Below are positions 11,667 to 26,000 of a stretch of DNA of 64,000 nucleotides, one piece after another. A program made the translations under genes and the position numbers. Source of the DNA: Eukaryota sp. GEM-RC1 (Eukaryota). The stretch lies in assembly GCA_040285855.1 (NCBI GenBank), contig JAUFOQ010000017.1:1364001-1428000 (forward strand). Reading direction: 5' to 3'. A model generated the notes under the pieces. It made no database searches, was not told the origin of the DNA, and worked only from the letters and a program-made list of their open reading frames with translations. Position 1 is the stretch's first letter; each line of letters opens with the position of its first letter.

Positions 11667-13202
11667 AATTTTATAAAAACAATACCCATAAACAAATAAA
11701 GGTTGTCGTTGTTTAATATTGTTTTTGACTAATTTTACTTGACAGAACCAATAATCAGTATTTTGTACGTTCTCGATTCAGTTTGTTGCCTGAATTGTAT
11801 TAGTTTATGTTCTGAAAATGACTTTGGAAACTCAAGAATGTTTTACTAGGATGTAGTTCCTAGTTGTTTTTCTTGAAGAATAGAAGTTTGTATTGAAGGT
11901 GGCTTTGATCGATATAAACAAGGATTTAGACTTTCCGATATCATTTTTTCCCTCAATGTTTCGCTTCTCATATAAGAAATTTGGTTGTAGACATTTTTGA
12001 AAGTTTCTGAACTGCAACACAATTATGTTTCAATTTTGTTATTTATGATGAGGTTTGTCGTTTTTGAACAAATATTAACAAGAATTTTTGCGATCAAAAC
12101 GTAGCGAGTTAAATATATACCATTTCGAATAGTTCGAAAAGCTTTGTGTATAGTATTCCTTCTAATTACGGAGAATCTCTCAGAATGGTATCATCAGAAG
12201 ACTTGTTGATCCTTTTGTCAAAATACAAAGAAGATAATACAGATTAATTAAAAACCAATACATGAAACGCTTTACCAAAGTAAAAGGAAATTGGAGGTTT
12301 ACCATTCATCAGAAGGTAAGTAATTTACAAAGTACCAAATTTTGAGAATGAAGAACTTCTTATGTTTTGTAAGATCACACAAAGAAACAGTACAGAGCCA
12401 ATTCTATTTAAAATCGCTTGAAAGGTTAGTTTTCTGATATTGTGTTCATTTAGTAGTTTGTTTTAAAATAGGGTGTGTTTTAGAAAATAATAATAAGATT
12501 TTTGTATTGAGACTAATATTATAGCTATTTCAGCAATATTTATTTTTAGTATGCAGGTTCAACCTATGATACAGCCAACTTTTCTCCTACATATGAGAAC
12601 TTAGTGGGAGGACTGCATAAAGCAGAATATCACACTATGTCTTCCACAACGTCTTTTGTCGATGCTCACATGATCATCAACTCGATTCTGTCTATGTGTT
12701 TATGGAACGACTCTTTGCTCGACATCTTCTTCCCCGTGATCCGTTATTAGCTCATCTTCTTCTGCAGCTGCTTTTACCAAGTTTTAAAGACAACCATGCT
12801 AAACCTCCACGTAAGATTCGAAAAGCAATCAATTGTTAACCATCAAGTCTAGTTACCTTCGCCAGTTTTACCACGACAGTCGTATAATAGCTTTAAAATA
12901 GTTAATAAATAGCTTACTTTAATGCACTGCTGAATCTTGTGGCTGATGAGATCACCTCAATGGTGTTTGCTTGGTTTTTAAAACGAGATCTTCCTGACTG
13001 TTTTTTCAGTTTAGGTGAAGACAAACCATCAGTCGATTCTTTTCCAATGAACTCCTTCTACAATGGCTAGGAAACAAAATTTGTCACTTGTTGAACAGCA
13101 AATCTTATGAGGAGGCAACCAATTCCGAAGTATTTATATTCTTGGTTCGTAATTTTACTTGGCTAAATGAAACGCATCTGAATTGCTCTAATTTACCTAA
13201 TA

Positions 13203-13797
13203 CTGTCAGGCACCAATCAGTGACCCACCTCCTAATAGTGCCCCCCTCCTAATAGTGCCCCACTTTAGGGGTGGGGCTATAATTCTAGTGCCCCAGTGTT
13301 GATCAAGATTACACAACTGGGTGATAAAAACAGTCTTATGTAAATAAAACAATATACGATTAGATTTAGATTTAATAGTGTGTGGTTGAACACCTATTGA
13401 ACCATCTTTCTCATATATCCTCTTCTCTTACACTTAACGCACATTGAGCACTCTTCTATCTTGTTGTTGAAACCTTCATATGCTCCGCCGATCATCTCTT
13501 GAACAATCTCCTAGCTCAAAACGACTCAAAATTACAAATGCTCAAAAGCTCACAATTCTTTCCGAGCTTAATCAACCTGGAGTTACTGTGTCATCAACAG
13601 CCAAAAAATATGGATTGGACAGAAAGCAGCTTCGCCAATGGAGGCAGCAAGAAGTAAACATCCGAAACTCCGACCCAAAAGGCTTTAGAATTTCCGGTGG
13701 CGGACGTAAACTTACCTCTGAAGAGCATGAACAGAAGGTTATTGAACAATTCATCCATTTGCGAGCTGAAAACAAGGCAGTTTCAGCAACCAAATAA
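13203..13797 (+). mobile_element. pogo-like transposon left end with truncated HTH transposase (ORF 13480-13797)
   Basis: TA|CTGTCAGG end, tandem 17-bp repeat CCTCCTAATAGTGCCCC (13228-13261), HTH SSTAKKYGLDRKQLRQWR followed by the GGGRK linker. Confidence 0.8.
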
Positions 13798-14738
13798 TGA
13801 TAATGCAGTTGAATCCGTCTGTATAAAATGTGTTTTGTCCAGTAGAACATCTAGGCTAAATGAAATGGCATTTAATTTTTCATGAGCACCTTCGTGAAAT
13901 ACATTACAAGCATAACTGATCCTCGACATCCACCTAATATTGATTATTGACAGTGTCTGAGTTCTATTCTCCAAATATACTGTATGAAATAGCAAAAACT
14001 GGAAGAAATACAGAAGTTTCATACAACCCTTTTGAACAATGTATTAGACTAGAATTCCAGGATCTTAACAAACAAACAATGTTTAAAAACGACTAAAGGA
14101 GAAGCATCTGAACAAGATGTGAGAAAACGGATTTACGTGCGGAGAAATACACACAACAAGAAAACAACAAATAAATAAGACTTAAAGTTTACATTTGAAA
14201 TGTTTAAAGCTCATGGGTTTCGTTTCAAACCAAGAAATATGACATCACCACGGCTATTTCCAAACGATTTGTCAACAGCCGTATCAATTCATGGCAGTGT
14301 TGATCAGGAATTTTCTGTGTCTAGTGTTTTATAGCTTTTATTATGATATGCATTTGTGTTCCCTTCATCGATAAACTTTTTTCATGTGAAAGTAAACACT
14401 ATTAAATCAAATTATCAAACGAACAACCCAATTTCGAACAGTAGTTACCACCAAACAACTTGGACAAAATGGAATGAACATATTCATACATAGACCGAAA
14501 AAACGAGCAAGCAAGTATACTCTGCCGGTACGATCTGTTAATCTTCATGCCAAATTATGAACACAACTTTTCAAATAAATTCAAAAACTCCTTGGTAGAA
14601 GAAATGAAATTTCCGTACAAAGAAACTGCAAAAGGCTGATAGCCAATATTATTGTGTCTTCGTGAATTCAATGCAGATACCTATTGTACCTACTTTGACA
14701 CTCAGCGTCCTTCAGTGGATCATTTGATGTATTCAAAA

Positions 14739-15627
14739 CATAGTTGTACTTCACAAATCACACTGTGGTCTGTGATCTGTGATCACAAAAGTGTAAAAAT
14801 GGTCAGATTCTTGTGATCACAACTGTGATTTGTGATCACGATTGTTGACGCTAAACTTGGTTGATATTTTGTTTATTTGTCAGATTTTAGTCAAATAAGT
14901 GCAAAATAAACAAGACAAATCAACTATTTGTCATGTCTGAGTGGCAGACTGGTCATTCTGCAGTCCACGAATTAGATTTTTCTTTTTCTAAATGACGATT
15001 CAATATGTCTGCTATTTACTCATATAGATGATGTCAATGGAGTTTATTTTAACCTAGCTCTATTGAAACAACAAGAAGAAAATCTCTGTTTCGCTCAATT
15101 TAAAACTTATGGAAGAAGTTATCAAGTAGTGTTGCATATAAGCAGATATTTGGAGTGTAGTGCGTGCCAGCACTGAACGAACTCTGAGTGCTGAAGATGA
15201 ATTAGTGGAGAAAGGTGATGATAGATGTTGATCTTAGTGAGGAAATAGAAGAAGTGGATTTTCAAAGCGTAGCAATTGACATTACGATTGAACATCCTGT
15301 GGCTTTTGGGGTTGAATCAGACGACGACGATGATAATGTGTCGGAACTACTGAATTGTCCACCATGAAAAACAGTAGAAATAATTAGTAGATAATCGATG
15401 AAATAAAGTGTTACAATAAAGTAACGCTGAAATAAAGTTCGTGATAAAATTGTAATTGTTTTACTGTTGATTGAGATCATGTCGAGAGATAAGTCACAAA
15501 GGGATAATTTTGTATATAAGTTATGAAGATGAAGAGTGCATTTTTCATATCGTGTGTGATTGTTGTGATCGAGATTTGTAATCACAAATCACAAAACAAA
15601 GCAATATTATTGTGAAGTACAACTATG
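14739..15627. mobile_element. Non-autonomous hAT element (889 bp)
   Basis: Perfect 18-bp TIR CATAGTTGTACTTCACAA, perfect 8-bp TSD ATTCAAAA, TGTGATCAC subterminal repeats. Confidence 0.95.
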
Positions 15628-15919
15628 ATTCAAAACAACAGCAACAGCTGAAGCTTTGCAAGGGTTAACGGTCGTAAAATCAACAACAATTTCTTGGCAT
15701 GACAACCAAGGGACAATAAAATCACCACGTTTCTGAGTAGAATCAGGGTGATCTTAAAGATGAGAAATCAAAGGTTCATTGCTAAATTGTAGTCTCGGTT
15801 ATTCTGTCGTATCTCTTTCCGTTGAAACGTTTGATGACTGGTTCAACACGCGTCGAACATTTCGAGAACTTGATAATGACCAATCTTGAGAAGTTTTCTG
15901 ATTCTTTTCAACAACACTT

Positions 15920-18384
15920 GGGACCTTCTTTACTGAAAGAGGGCTGTCTCATAAGCACATACAGGCTGTTGTCGAAGAAATCTATACTCATCCTCCTGAT
16001 CCTGAAAGTCCTGTGTCTTATGTTCTGTCTTACTTCCTCTTTTCTCTACGCTACATCGTCAGTGATGAATTTCTTTCAGAGCAATGCAAATTGCTTCATG
16101 ATATCTTGAGATTTTATCAAAACCAACCAGATTTTTCTCCATATCTGATTATGAATGCTACTGAAAAACTCGTTAGAAAATGTCATAAGGTTACGATTTC
16201 CTCACCCGATGCACAAAATGTTCACAAAACAACTCTAACAATCCAATTTAGGTGGAGCAAACATATCAGCGAGTGTGGATTCTGGGAAATTCTCTTTGCT
16301 CATGTTAAGAAAGTAGCAACTCATCCTTACAGTTTGGAAATGCAAACCAAGAGGAATAGAACAATTGTTACCATAAAGTTCCCTAAAACTACACCATGGT
16401 TTCACTATGAACCTTCTTCAGGAATACCTGATCGCTTTCAATGTGACTCAAATGAAGTACTTGAAAGTAATGGTGCTGCTCATCTTCTGTTGATGCTCTG
16501 TGACGTTAGCAGACTACTAAATGTATCAGATGACTTACACTCTTTTAATTCTGTCATACTTCTCCTAAATTACGTCGATGAATTACTTGATGCCGGAGTT
16601 TCGTCGTTTCATAGCTTTCTCAGTACAATCACCAGTCGCTTTATGTCGATGTTTCCTTCTGTTCATTGTTATGTATCCAGAACTAAACATCCAAAGGTAC
16701 AGAATCCCCAAAGTACCACACACTACTACTATTGGACTTGTACTTTGTCAGAGTCTGGTTGCTCTTCAATTGTTTCCACAATGTTATCCCAATTCCTTCA
16801 CCATGTATATTCGCTATCACAACAAACTACGGGCAAACTTCTTAAAATATTTCAGTCGTTGGGTTTGTCAATTGAAGTTCTCGGTAGCTTTTTACAAATC
16901 CGTTGGAAATCTCGGTTCCTTAATCGTAATTGTGTCAATTTCTTTTCCAAATCATTAACTGAACGCAGTAAACCTCTTTCTATTTGTACTGACAACTGCA
17001 TTCCCGAGTTCAGTATAAATGGGAGAGAGGACTTCGCTGGTTCATCAGTGGCTTTTTGTAATTTTTTAAAAAAGAGATACGGAGCTCAGCCAAGGACAAA
17101 GAAACTTTCTTCACTACCCTTTTGTTTTCTTCAAGATTCGACGGTACCGCCTATTCTTCAACAACTTTGGGACATTGTTCCATTAGTGGGATTCACTGAC
17201 GACGCGGATTGTGACCTTACTGCCACGACTGGTCCACGAACAAAACTCTCTGGTAGTGGCTGGGTTTATCCAATTGGTGATGACAAGTGGGTTTTGGTAA
17301 CTAATAATCATGTTATATCTCCATGTAAAGAACGTTTCATATTAGCATACTTCAGGAACGGTTCTTCAGACGGTTTTACATCAACTTTGCTTTTTAACTC
17401 ATTTGTGTGTTCTTCTCCTACACGACAGCATAATTACAACCTTCCTCAAATAGATGCTGCTGTGGGAATTTTTGAAAACTATTTCTCTTTACACTCTCCA
17501 GAGAAACACGCTTATTATAAACAATTATTCAACCCTATGCGCTATATTTTCAAGCACGCGCAAGACCCCGTTGAATTTATGTCTGTTCTCAACAACAAGC
17601 GAGATGTATATTTAATTAGCCATCCTGGGTCTACCATATCAGGGCCTGCTGTATCAAGAAGCCGTATCAAAAGACACGACTATTATACATTTTCATTAGA
17701 CTTATGTAGTCTTCCCGGATCTTCCGGGGTTTATTGGTCTCCATCACGAAAGATGATGACGTTTTCGTTATTGGCTATGTTTTTGGTTCGATGGAATTTG
17801 AGAAAAAATACTACACGGTTGGTATTAAGTTTTGGCGTTTTCGTGACATTTTTGACACCCCTATTCACACGTACGTTTTACGTCGTCAAATTAATGATGA
17901 CGTTATTCAAAATGTACGTTCAAGAATTGAAATATTGTTAAGTGAATCATCAATTGAAAAGTTCAATATGAAATCATGCACTATTACCACCACAGATTCA
18001 CTATACGTCATCATGGATCCCACTTTTCTAACCAATACTCTCCATGAAATGAGAGAACCTTATGATACTGATTTGGTAATTTCCAAATTAAATGCATTCT
18101 GGAAAAGACAATATTTCCGTGCAATGTCGTTGACAGACCATTTATTTGGACGAAATGATATTCCTGTACTGAAGTTTCATCTGTGCTGTGCTGAGTTTCT
18201 TGCATTTCTTGGGTTTGCGGTATCAAACTATTGTACTAGTTGTGGAAGTATTGCAGAATTAATTCCGTCAGTGTTTCTATTTGTTAATGGTGCACAAATG
18301 CATTTTGGTGCACAAATCAAGATCAATGGATCGTTTGAATTCTACGTTCAGACAAGCAATCTTTTGATTGAATCTTTTCAGTAG
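15920..18384 (+). CDS. Large protein with a trypsin-like serine peptidase domain; start uncertain; frameshift at G4 17726-17729
   Basis: SGSGWV..VLVTNNHVI, IDAAV, LISHPG, LPGSSG|GLLV..VIG show the H-D-S triad; ORFs 16013-17941 and 17734-18384 join by adding one G. Confidence 0.75.
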
Positions 18385-19996
18385 TGATGAGCTGTTATAT
18401 GTAGTGTACAGAATCCATTTCAGAACCAGAGCACGAATTTACGCCTATTGTTTTATGAAACGCTTCTCTAACTAAATAGCACGAGTATTTCTATAAATAA
18501 ATCGTTGTTAGATATACTTAAGCACATTTGTCTTTTTCTTTTTAAATTTGTGTCGGTTTACAATTCTAACATTTCTAATGATTCTAATTGAATACTAATA
18601 CTCTCATCAAAAGAAAGACCAAATAACTTTGAAGTCTGAGCACATCTGTTATCGATATTCAGGTTCTTTCTATACATTCTTTGAACGCCATCCATGTTTT
18701 TTTGCAAGTTGTACTAGTAATGAATGTAGATAGCAAAGGTGATAGGTCAAGTTCGTACGGTCTTTGTTGATACTTGAACTGAAGCAGAAATCAGTATATG
18801 CGTTTTGCAGGAGTAGTTTTAAACTACTGCTTGATTTGTTGTGATTAGCTTTGAGGTTATCAATAAATTACCTCATGTCATTATGAAACATCATTCACCT
18901 AAAATATGTACCTCATGTGCTTGTTCTTTCTCCAGGACAAACAAATTAGATCGCGAATCTTTGGTAATTGTACTGGTCACAATGTATATTCTCGATATAA
19001 AAATCGTTTCAGCGAGACTGATTTTTGTTTTACTTCATTTTCAACAATTTGGAGGCTAATATTGTCAAATCAAAATTAGTCCTAGTGACAGTATGTGCCG
19101 TGACAAGAGGAAGAATCATTTCTTAAAGTGGTATCAGCGCTATCAAATATCCCACATTTCAGCGTAGCTTCTTGATATAGAGTCGACTTCGTGTGTTGAA
19201 GTCTTACTGTGTTCTAGTAAATTGTTGTTTTAACACTTGCATTTTTGTATTTCCGTCAGTATTTTTGTATTTTCACGACAGGTTTACCCGTATTTGACAG
19301 CTATGTTATCCCAATAAAACACAATATGAGTTAATTTTTCGGTATGTTTACGAATTCTTCCTAAACCTAATTCATATCGCATTTCTTGCATTTCTTTCGG
19401 AGGGAGAATCACTCCATGTTCCAAGTTGTATTTTCACTTGTATCTATTTTAAGTAGTCATAAGTTTAATTGGTTCGCTTCTCAAAATGACGTTGGTGATT
19501 GAGATAATTGGACGTTCTTTTCAGAAAGTCTTTCTGCTAAAACAAGACTATTCGAGAGGACTACTAGTGGCATTAAAATGTTAGTCTGTTCTGGGAGATT
19601 AACTCCATTAGTAGAGTAGATTTTCCTATTGCAGAGTTCTGCATTATTGCTCTATATACTGAAATTTAAAGCTAGGAACGTCACGAAGAAGCCTTTTCAG
19701 TGAATCATCTTTCCGTTAGATGATGGTTGTGTGCTTTGAGGATGATGATGTGTTAGCCAAAGGTATAAGTATAGTTACGTAGTCAGTTTAATTCAATTAT
19801 AAACATCTTTCCCTTTCCCTTTGTACTGAAGGTATCAAATATTGGGCAAGTCAGATTCATTGGTCTTGACAAGCAAGCCAAGAACTTAATTCTCACAGAA
19901 TTAGATTCCATGTTGTATCGAGAGATTAAAAAATGGATGGACCAGTGCAAATCTTCCAATAATCAAAAAACAAAACATCAAAAATCAAATTATGTA

Positions 19997-22563
19997 TTAA
20001 TCTACAAGTTCTAGAACATGATCAGCAGACCAGGTGGAAAAGAAAGCATAGTAATCATCAGATTCTAATTGAGGAAGGTTGCCATCAATAGACCACGATT
20101 CATCAGAGTTAGTGATTGTAAGCTTGTAGTAGATCATGTCAGCAGTAACTTCCGATACTTGATTAGGATTCCACCTCAAACGACCATTAGATGATTGTTT
20201 TAGATGTTTTGACGGACAACCACAAAATGATACTGACGCACTTGCTCCTAATGATAATCCATCGAGCGAAGTGAAACGAGGAAAATCCTTCTTCTTAGCA
20301 ACACCAACATTAACGTTGCAAGTCATCCCACTATAGCGAACTTTCCATTTAAACACAGAACCAGTCATAAGTGGCTTGTCTGAGAGAACAGATGACATAA
20401 CTTCAGTTGTACCAGTCTTCCTACTAACGATTCTTCTACCACCACTAAGATGTAAGCCTGATCCAATGTTGACAGGAGAGAAAAGAATTGAAGTAGAATT
20501 TTGACGTTGAATATTTAATTCAGCTTTCAAGTCAGAAATCTGAGTGTTTTAATAATTGAAAATTAAGGGAATTTTTTGAACAAAGTAATCCTTGAAGAAC
20601 ATAGAAACGTCATCATCAGTGATTAAGACCTGAAAACTATTCAAGATTCTGACAGGATCAGATTTTGACAAATCTAAAGCACGTACACAATTTTGGAATT
20701 CTTCCAAGGTCCACTGTGAATTTTCTCCAATAATCCTATAAAGTTCGACCAATTTCAGAGCTAACCACATAGTATATTCTCCTGAAACAGTTTTAGCTAA
20801 ACCTTTGATTGAAAATGGGGATAACAATGGAAAATCAAAGTCATGTAACCGAGACTCGCTTATAACCTTGGGAAAATGGTCAATAAAAAATTGTAATTGT
20901 AAGTGTAGAGGGTTACTGGACGGATTCCGATCAAAAGCTTCAAAACACCAAAGGAACCATTTCACTGGGAGATTTACAAAAACCAAACATTTTGAAAAAC
21001 ATCAAAAGTATAATTCATTAAGACTTCAAGAAAAGAACCAATTTCAAACAACGGCGAAATAAGTTCATAGTAATCAAAACACTCACTCTCATCTAATTCA
21101 ATCAATTCCAAAAGAGTTTTCAACTCAGTAGGATCAATATCTGTCGTGGTGGCAGTTGCTACGATACACTTAACCAAGAACCATTTAGGAAAGACTGTAA
21201 ATAACGATTCATATAAATGAGGAGGAAAAGGAATACCGGGGCCAGTAAATGCAGAATATACCCAAATATTCAAATTGGTTTTAATAAAGGAGAATAACCC
21301 CCTGGAGTTAGCTGTTTGCAATAATTGAAACAATTCAGAATCCGAAAACTTTGTATTTGTTAGAAACTTCAAACACTTGTCTCGAAATTGATCTATTCGA
21401 AAGTCAACAGCCAGTTGATAGAAACAAATTACATTTGATAGAGCAATGATGGATGATTTTCCGCAAAATGTTTCAAACAAACATAAAAAATGATGGACAC
21501 TGACACCTGGAAATTCGTCATTAAACTCAAAAATTCGTAGACTAGAGTCTTGAAAAGCAGAACAGAAAAGATTTTCAAAGAAAGAGGAATGCCCAATTAG
21601 TAGAAGGGAATTAATTTGGACTTTGCACATCTTATATGTCAATAAAACATCTCGGGGAGCAGTGTTTATAAAAGTTGAGAAAATAACCTCTGGATTAAGA
21701 ATAAACTCACAATTTTTAAATCCATAAGTCAACTTTTGTTGGATAAAGTCTTCCAAATGTTCATATTTCAAAGTGGACGCAATAGTTCGAATTAAGTGGA
21801 AGTTTTCTGATGTACATGCAACAGATTCACCGTAGAAAGAGTAAACGATGTCAAAGAAAAAAGAACCATCAGAGAGAAGCTGTTCAAAGAGAGAGAAATC
21901 ATCAAGAACTGTGGAATGAAAGACTTTTGATCGAAGAAACGAACTGAAAAGAGACAAAATAGAAGAATGATATTCGATCTCTTCTTCGTCAAAGACCAAT
22001 GTGATGTCTGTCAGTTGGGCATTCTCTTGAGCTTTGCGGAACATTTGGCACACGTTGGAGGGATCAAGTTTGAGTGAGTATGATTCAAGAGAAGAACTTG
22101 GAGGAGTGACATTAACAAAGTGCGGAAATTCTTTAAATGGGGTTTGTCGTACAGGAGCTATTACCGGAGAATTTTTTGGAGAAGTGAAAATAGGAAACGA
22201 TGGTGTGAAAGTAGTTGCTGAAGATGGAGAACCTGTACCTGATGATCCTCCATATGAGAACGATGGTGTGGAAGTAGTTGCTGAAACTTGGCCAAATGAT
22301 AACGGAGGTGCTTGTCCAAATGATAACGATGGTGTGGAAGTAGTTGCTGAAGGTTGAGATCTTGTATCTGATGATCCTCCGAATAAAAACGATGATGGTG
22401 TGGAAGTAGTTGCTGAAGGTTGAGATCTTGTATCTGATGATCCTCCGAATGAAAACGATGATGATGTGGAAGTGGTTTCTGATGGTTGGATGGGAACCTC
22501 ATATGAACATTTGGGAGGGTGATGCCGGATGGCAGGTGTCTTCAGAAACTTCTTCTGTGGCAT
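19997..22563 (-). CDS. BTB-BTB...SPRY/B30.2-like protein with S/T-rich N-terminus (one frameshift near 20990, in-frame TAA at 20549)
   Basis: Two BTB-like motifs (TDITLVFD..YHSSILSLFSSFL; RDVLLTY..INSLLLIGHSSFFENLF) and a SPRY-like C-terminus (FKWKVRY..VNVGVA..YYAFFS). Confidence 0.7.
22190..22480 (-). repeat. Coding tandem repeats (66-bp unit and variants)
   Basis: SSF(S/L)FGGSSDTRSQPSATTSTP repeated, with degenerate copies. Confidence 0.85.
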
Positions 22564-22953
22564 TTAAGTCAGCTATTGCTTGGAATTGAAAAATACGAAT
22601 ATAAGTGACAAATCACCCATTTAAAACAATCAATTTTGTTGTAATTAAACAAGTATTCCACTGATTGATCGTATACACCGCCAAAATTGTGAACTTCATG
22701 GTCAGGGATGGGGAAAAATATGTTTACTTTTCTTTTGTGGAACAAAAACACCAACATAAACACAAATACTTTTTTTTTAAATTTTTTTTGAAAGACATTT
22801 CTTTATGGAACAAAAACACAAATACTAGAACTCAATATCATTAAAGCAACAATCATTGCCATTAATACTGACTTCAGCTTTTTCTTCATAAAAAACACTG
22901 AGAGCTAATAGAGCTTTTGAAATCATGACAGGAATTGTTTTAAATATTGTAAA

Positions 22954-23031
22954 TGTTAGTGTCATGACTCATCAGGACCTATTTGTATAATAAATTCACT
23001 TTTCACTCTTACATGGTACCAAAGACCAACA
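22954..23031 (+). repeat. 5' LTR of element B (78 bp)
   Basis: Direct repeat of 28908-28985 (75/78 identical). Confidence 0.96.
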
Positions 23032-26000
23032 ATAATTATTGTGGCCTCTGCAAAGAGTCTCAATGCGTATGTAATCCGGAGCACTTCACTCCTGGAAACA
23101 ACACTAACCAAAGCCCTAGTTCCGACCTAGGCAGAACTCAAAGTCCAGTTCCGACCTGGACTCTAAACAAAACCCTAGTTCCGACCTAGGTACACCTAAG
23201 CTCAGTTCCGACCTGGCATCCAAGGATAACTCCACCCCAAACACCGAGTTGGGACCTGACGGAAAAGCTTGGAATGACACGGTAGAGTTCGAGTCATCCG
23301 ACGAGAACCCCGAACCTCCCGCCAACTCCTCTCCCGAAGATGAAAATCCTCCCGAGGAAACCATTCACGAGGTTGTAAACTCCCCAGTGGTTACCAATCC
23401 GCCCGTCGAGAATGAAAACCCTCCCTCACCAGGGAAGGTGAATAGAAATACTCCTCCTAAGAATACTTCTCCTGCCACCGTTGCACCTCAGACAAACCCT
23501 GCCTCCAGCCCTTCAATTTCGCCGTTACCCAAGCCAATTCCATGGAACTCCCAAAAACCTGAAATTGCTTCAAAGCCTCCTACTACGGTACTAGGATTTA
23601 TCATGCCTGGAACAAATCCCAATCTTCCAGGTTTGCTAACCACGAGTTCCCCGGCTAAAGAAATACACGAAACTGAACGCATAATGCATCAGAACTTCGA
23701 CGCCAATCAATGGCAAGAGTTCAGAACACAATCCCGCCTCAATGGTGAGACTTACCCCGAATATGAGAAAGACAGTTTTCTCCTCAAACCGGCTAAACAG
23801 CTGAAAAGAGTGTACCAGAGATATTTTAACAATCATATTTAATCTCTACCCAGAGATTGCTAATATCCAAAATAACCAGTGACAGCTGCTAGGATTTATT
23901 ATGGACAAGAACCGTGTAAATTCTCTAGTTACCACACCCCAGGCCCACAATCTGCTGAAAACACCGTTTTCAAAAGAACAAGCAGAAGACATTGAGAGAC
24001 AGATAGATGATCTCAACAGTTACGCGGATGTAGAAGTTCCAGCTGTGAACACCAATCCTTTGGACACTGTCCCACCTTTAGTTGAAGACGCCCCATATAT
24101 TCCCGGTGGAATATCGGAGAATTGTTCAAGTGGAATTCCTCCACTCTCAATGCACAGAGACCCAGCTCTATTACCTTTTGGACCCCGAAACCATGCTGAC
24201 CTCAACATTCGTCAAAGAGTAGGAGCCCTCTCCGTATCTCCAGAAGCCCAACCTCACACTCCCGCTCAGTCGGATAGTCCTCCCCCATTCAGACACCATT
24301 TTCGGTACTGAAGTTCACCGAGCGACTATCTTCTGACATCAACAGTGATCTAAACAAGTCCATCACTCCTCCTCTCTTGAGAACTCTCGACGACCCCGAC
24401 GTTATGATTCATTGGATTGGGGACTACATGAGCTTTTGTTTAGCTCAACCTGACTACAAACAACCGACAGACAAACCTTTGGGCCAAGCTACTTTCTTCT
24501 ACGACACTGGCCGAATTGCCGCCAGCGACGCTGACACGCGATGGGTTCCCCGTTTGATAGATTTCCGAGTTCAACAACAATTGTCCTACCTAGGCAAAAC
24601 AACGAAAAATCACTGCAATCTTTTTATTGAAATCATCCTCAGGACACAGTTCCGAGAATACATTACAGCGAGGAACAAAATTAATGAAGTTGTTATGAAC
24701 TGGAACATTAGAGACCATGAAGACCGATGGTTGGACTTCATTAGACGTTTCGACAAAATCCTGAACCGTAGCACACTGATTCGAACTTCAAAGGCCAACG
24801 TTTACTCGAGCCTTGAAGAAAGAGTAATCGTCAAAGCTCTACTCACGAATATTGGCATCGCTTCTATTTACCTGACCCTCTGGCCAGTGTACAAAGACTC
24901 CAAAGACCTCCACTCGTTCTTCGCCGTCGCTCTCGAACATAACAACACGTGGTGTAAGAGATGGGAACATTCCCCTGCACATGTTCAACGCGAACAGAAG
25001 GACGTTGAGATCTTAGTCCACCGTGACAAGGACTCCTGGAGCGACCTACCCAAGGCTATGCAAAGGTCAGCCACGAAATCCTTCTCCTCTACCGCCGGTC
25101 ACAAATCTAGATCTTCTGATCAAAGACTTGCCCCTTCTCCACATCCTTCCTTAAAAAAGAGGAACGGCTCTGAGAAGAAAGACCCAGCTGAGAAAGACCC
25201 CAACAAGTGCAGTTTCTGTAATGCTCCTGATCAAAAGATCATTCACTGTAATCACCATGACTGCCGTAGAAGTGAACTCCCCACGGACCAACGTCTTTAC
25301 AATCTGAGGCAAAGAAACCTCCCTCTCGTAGTCATAGTTCGCGTAGACACAATAAATCTGATAAGTATATCGTTCAACATATAAATCATATTCACAGCAA
25401 CACATCATCGTCGGATTCACACAATCCATACGCAAACCCACTCCACAACATCAGTAATTCGGATGGTGAGAACTCTATAAGCCTGAATTCGATATTCAGC
25501 ATTATCGATCACCAGGATCCACCACCATTCCTCAGCTGAAGTCTGACCATCAATGGTGTTTCGATTCAGGGTCTTTGGGACAGTGGAGCATCAATGTCTG
25601 TAATCGCACGAGACCTGGTCCATAGATGTTCAATGACGTTCGTCAACAAGAAAGTTCCATTCACATCTGCAAACAACGTCAGATCTCACTCACTGGGTAG
25701 CGCCCAGGGGATCTTGACCTTCAAGTACAGTAAGGTGACACACCTTACATCTGTGACGAAGACCATACCAACAAATGTTTGTTAGGTATTGATCTCATGA
25801 AGCAGTTAGGATTACTGATTGAAGAGGGACTAATCATCCCGGTTCAACAAACTAAGTTAGCTGATAGCAACGACGATGACAATTGACTTCCACAACGAAG
25901 AGTCCACGGTGAAACGGAAACCTCGGAGGCTTAATCCAGTCAAACAAAGGATAGCCGAAGAAGCTTTTCATGAACTAGTACGTTTGGGATACGCTGAGTA

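Noticed and set aside
18400..19900. Short ORFs and a lone hAT-like end (similar lone ends near 31480, 36800, 40500, 47144, 48470)
   Set aside because: No partner TIR, TSD or recognisable protein; treated as TE debris.
20549..20551. Stop-codon reassignment suggested by in-frame TAA (and TGA at 52640)
   Set aside because: Long conserved genes have no internal stops and end in TAA, TAG or TGA; isolated cases fit mutation or error.
23113..23217. CRISPR-like array
   Set aside because: Units are ~30 bp in total with related spacers, encode SSDL within gag, and there are no cas genes in this eukaryotic context.
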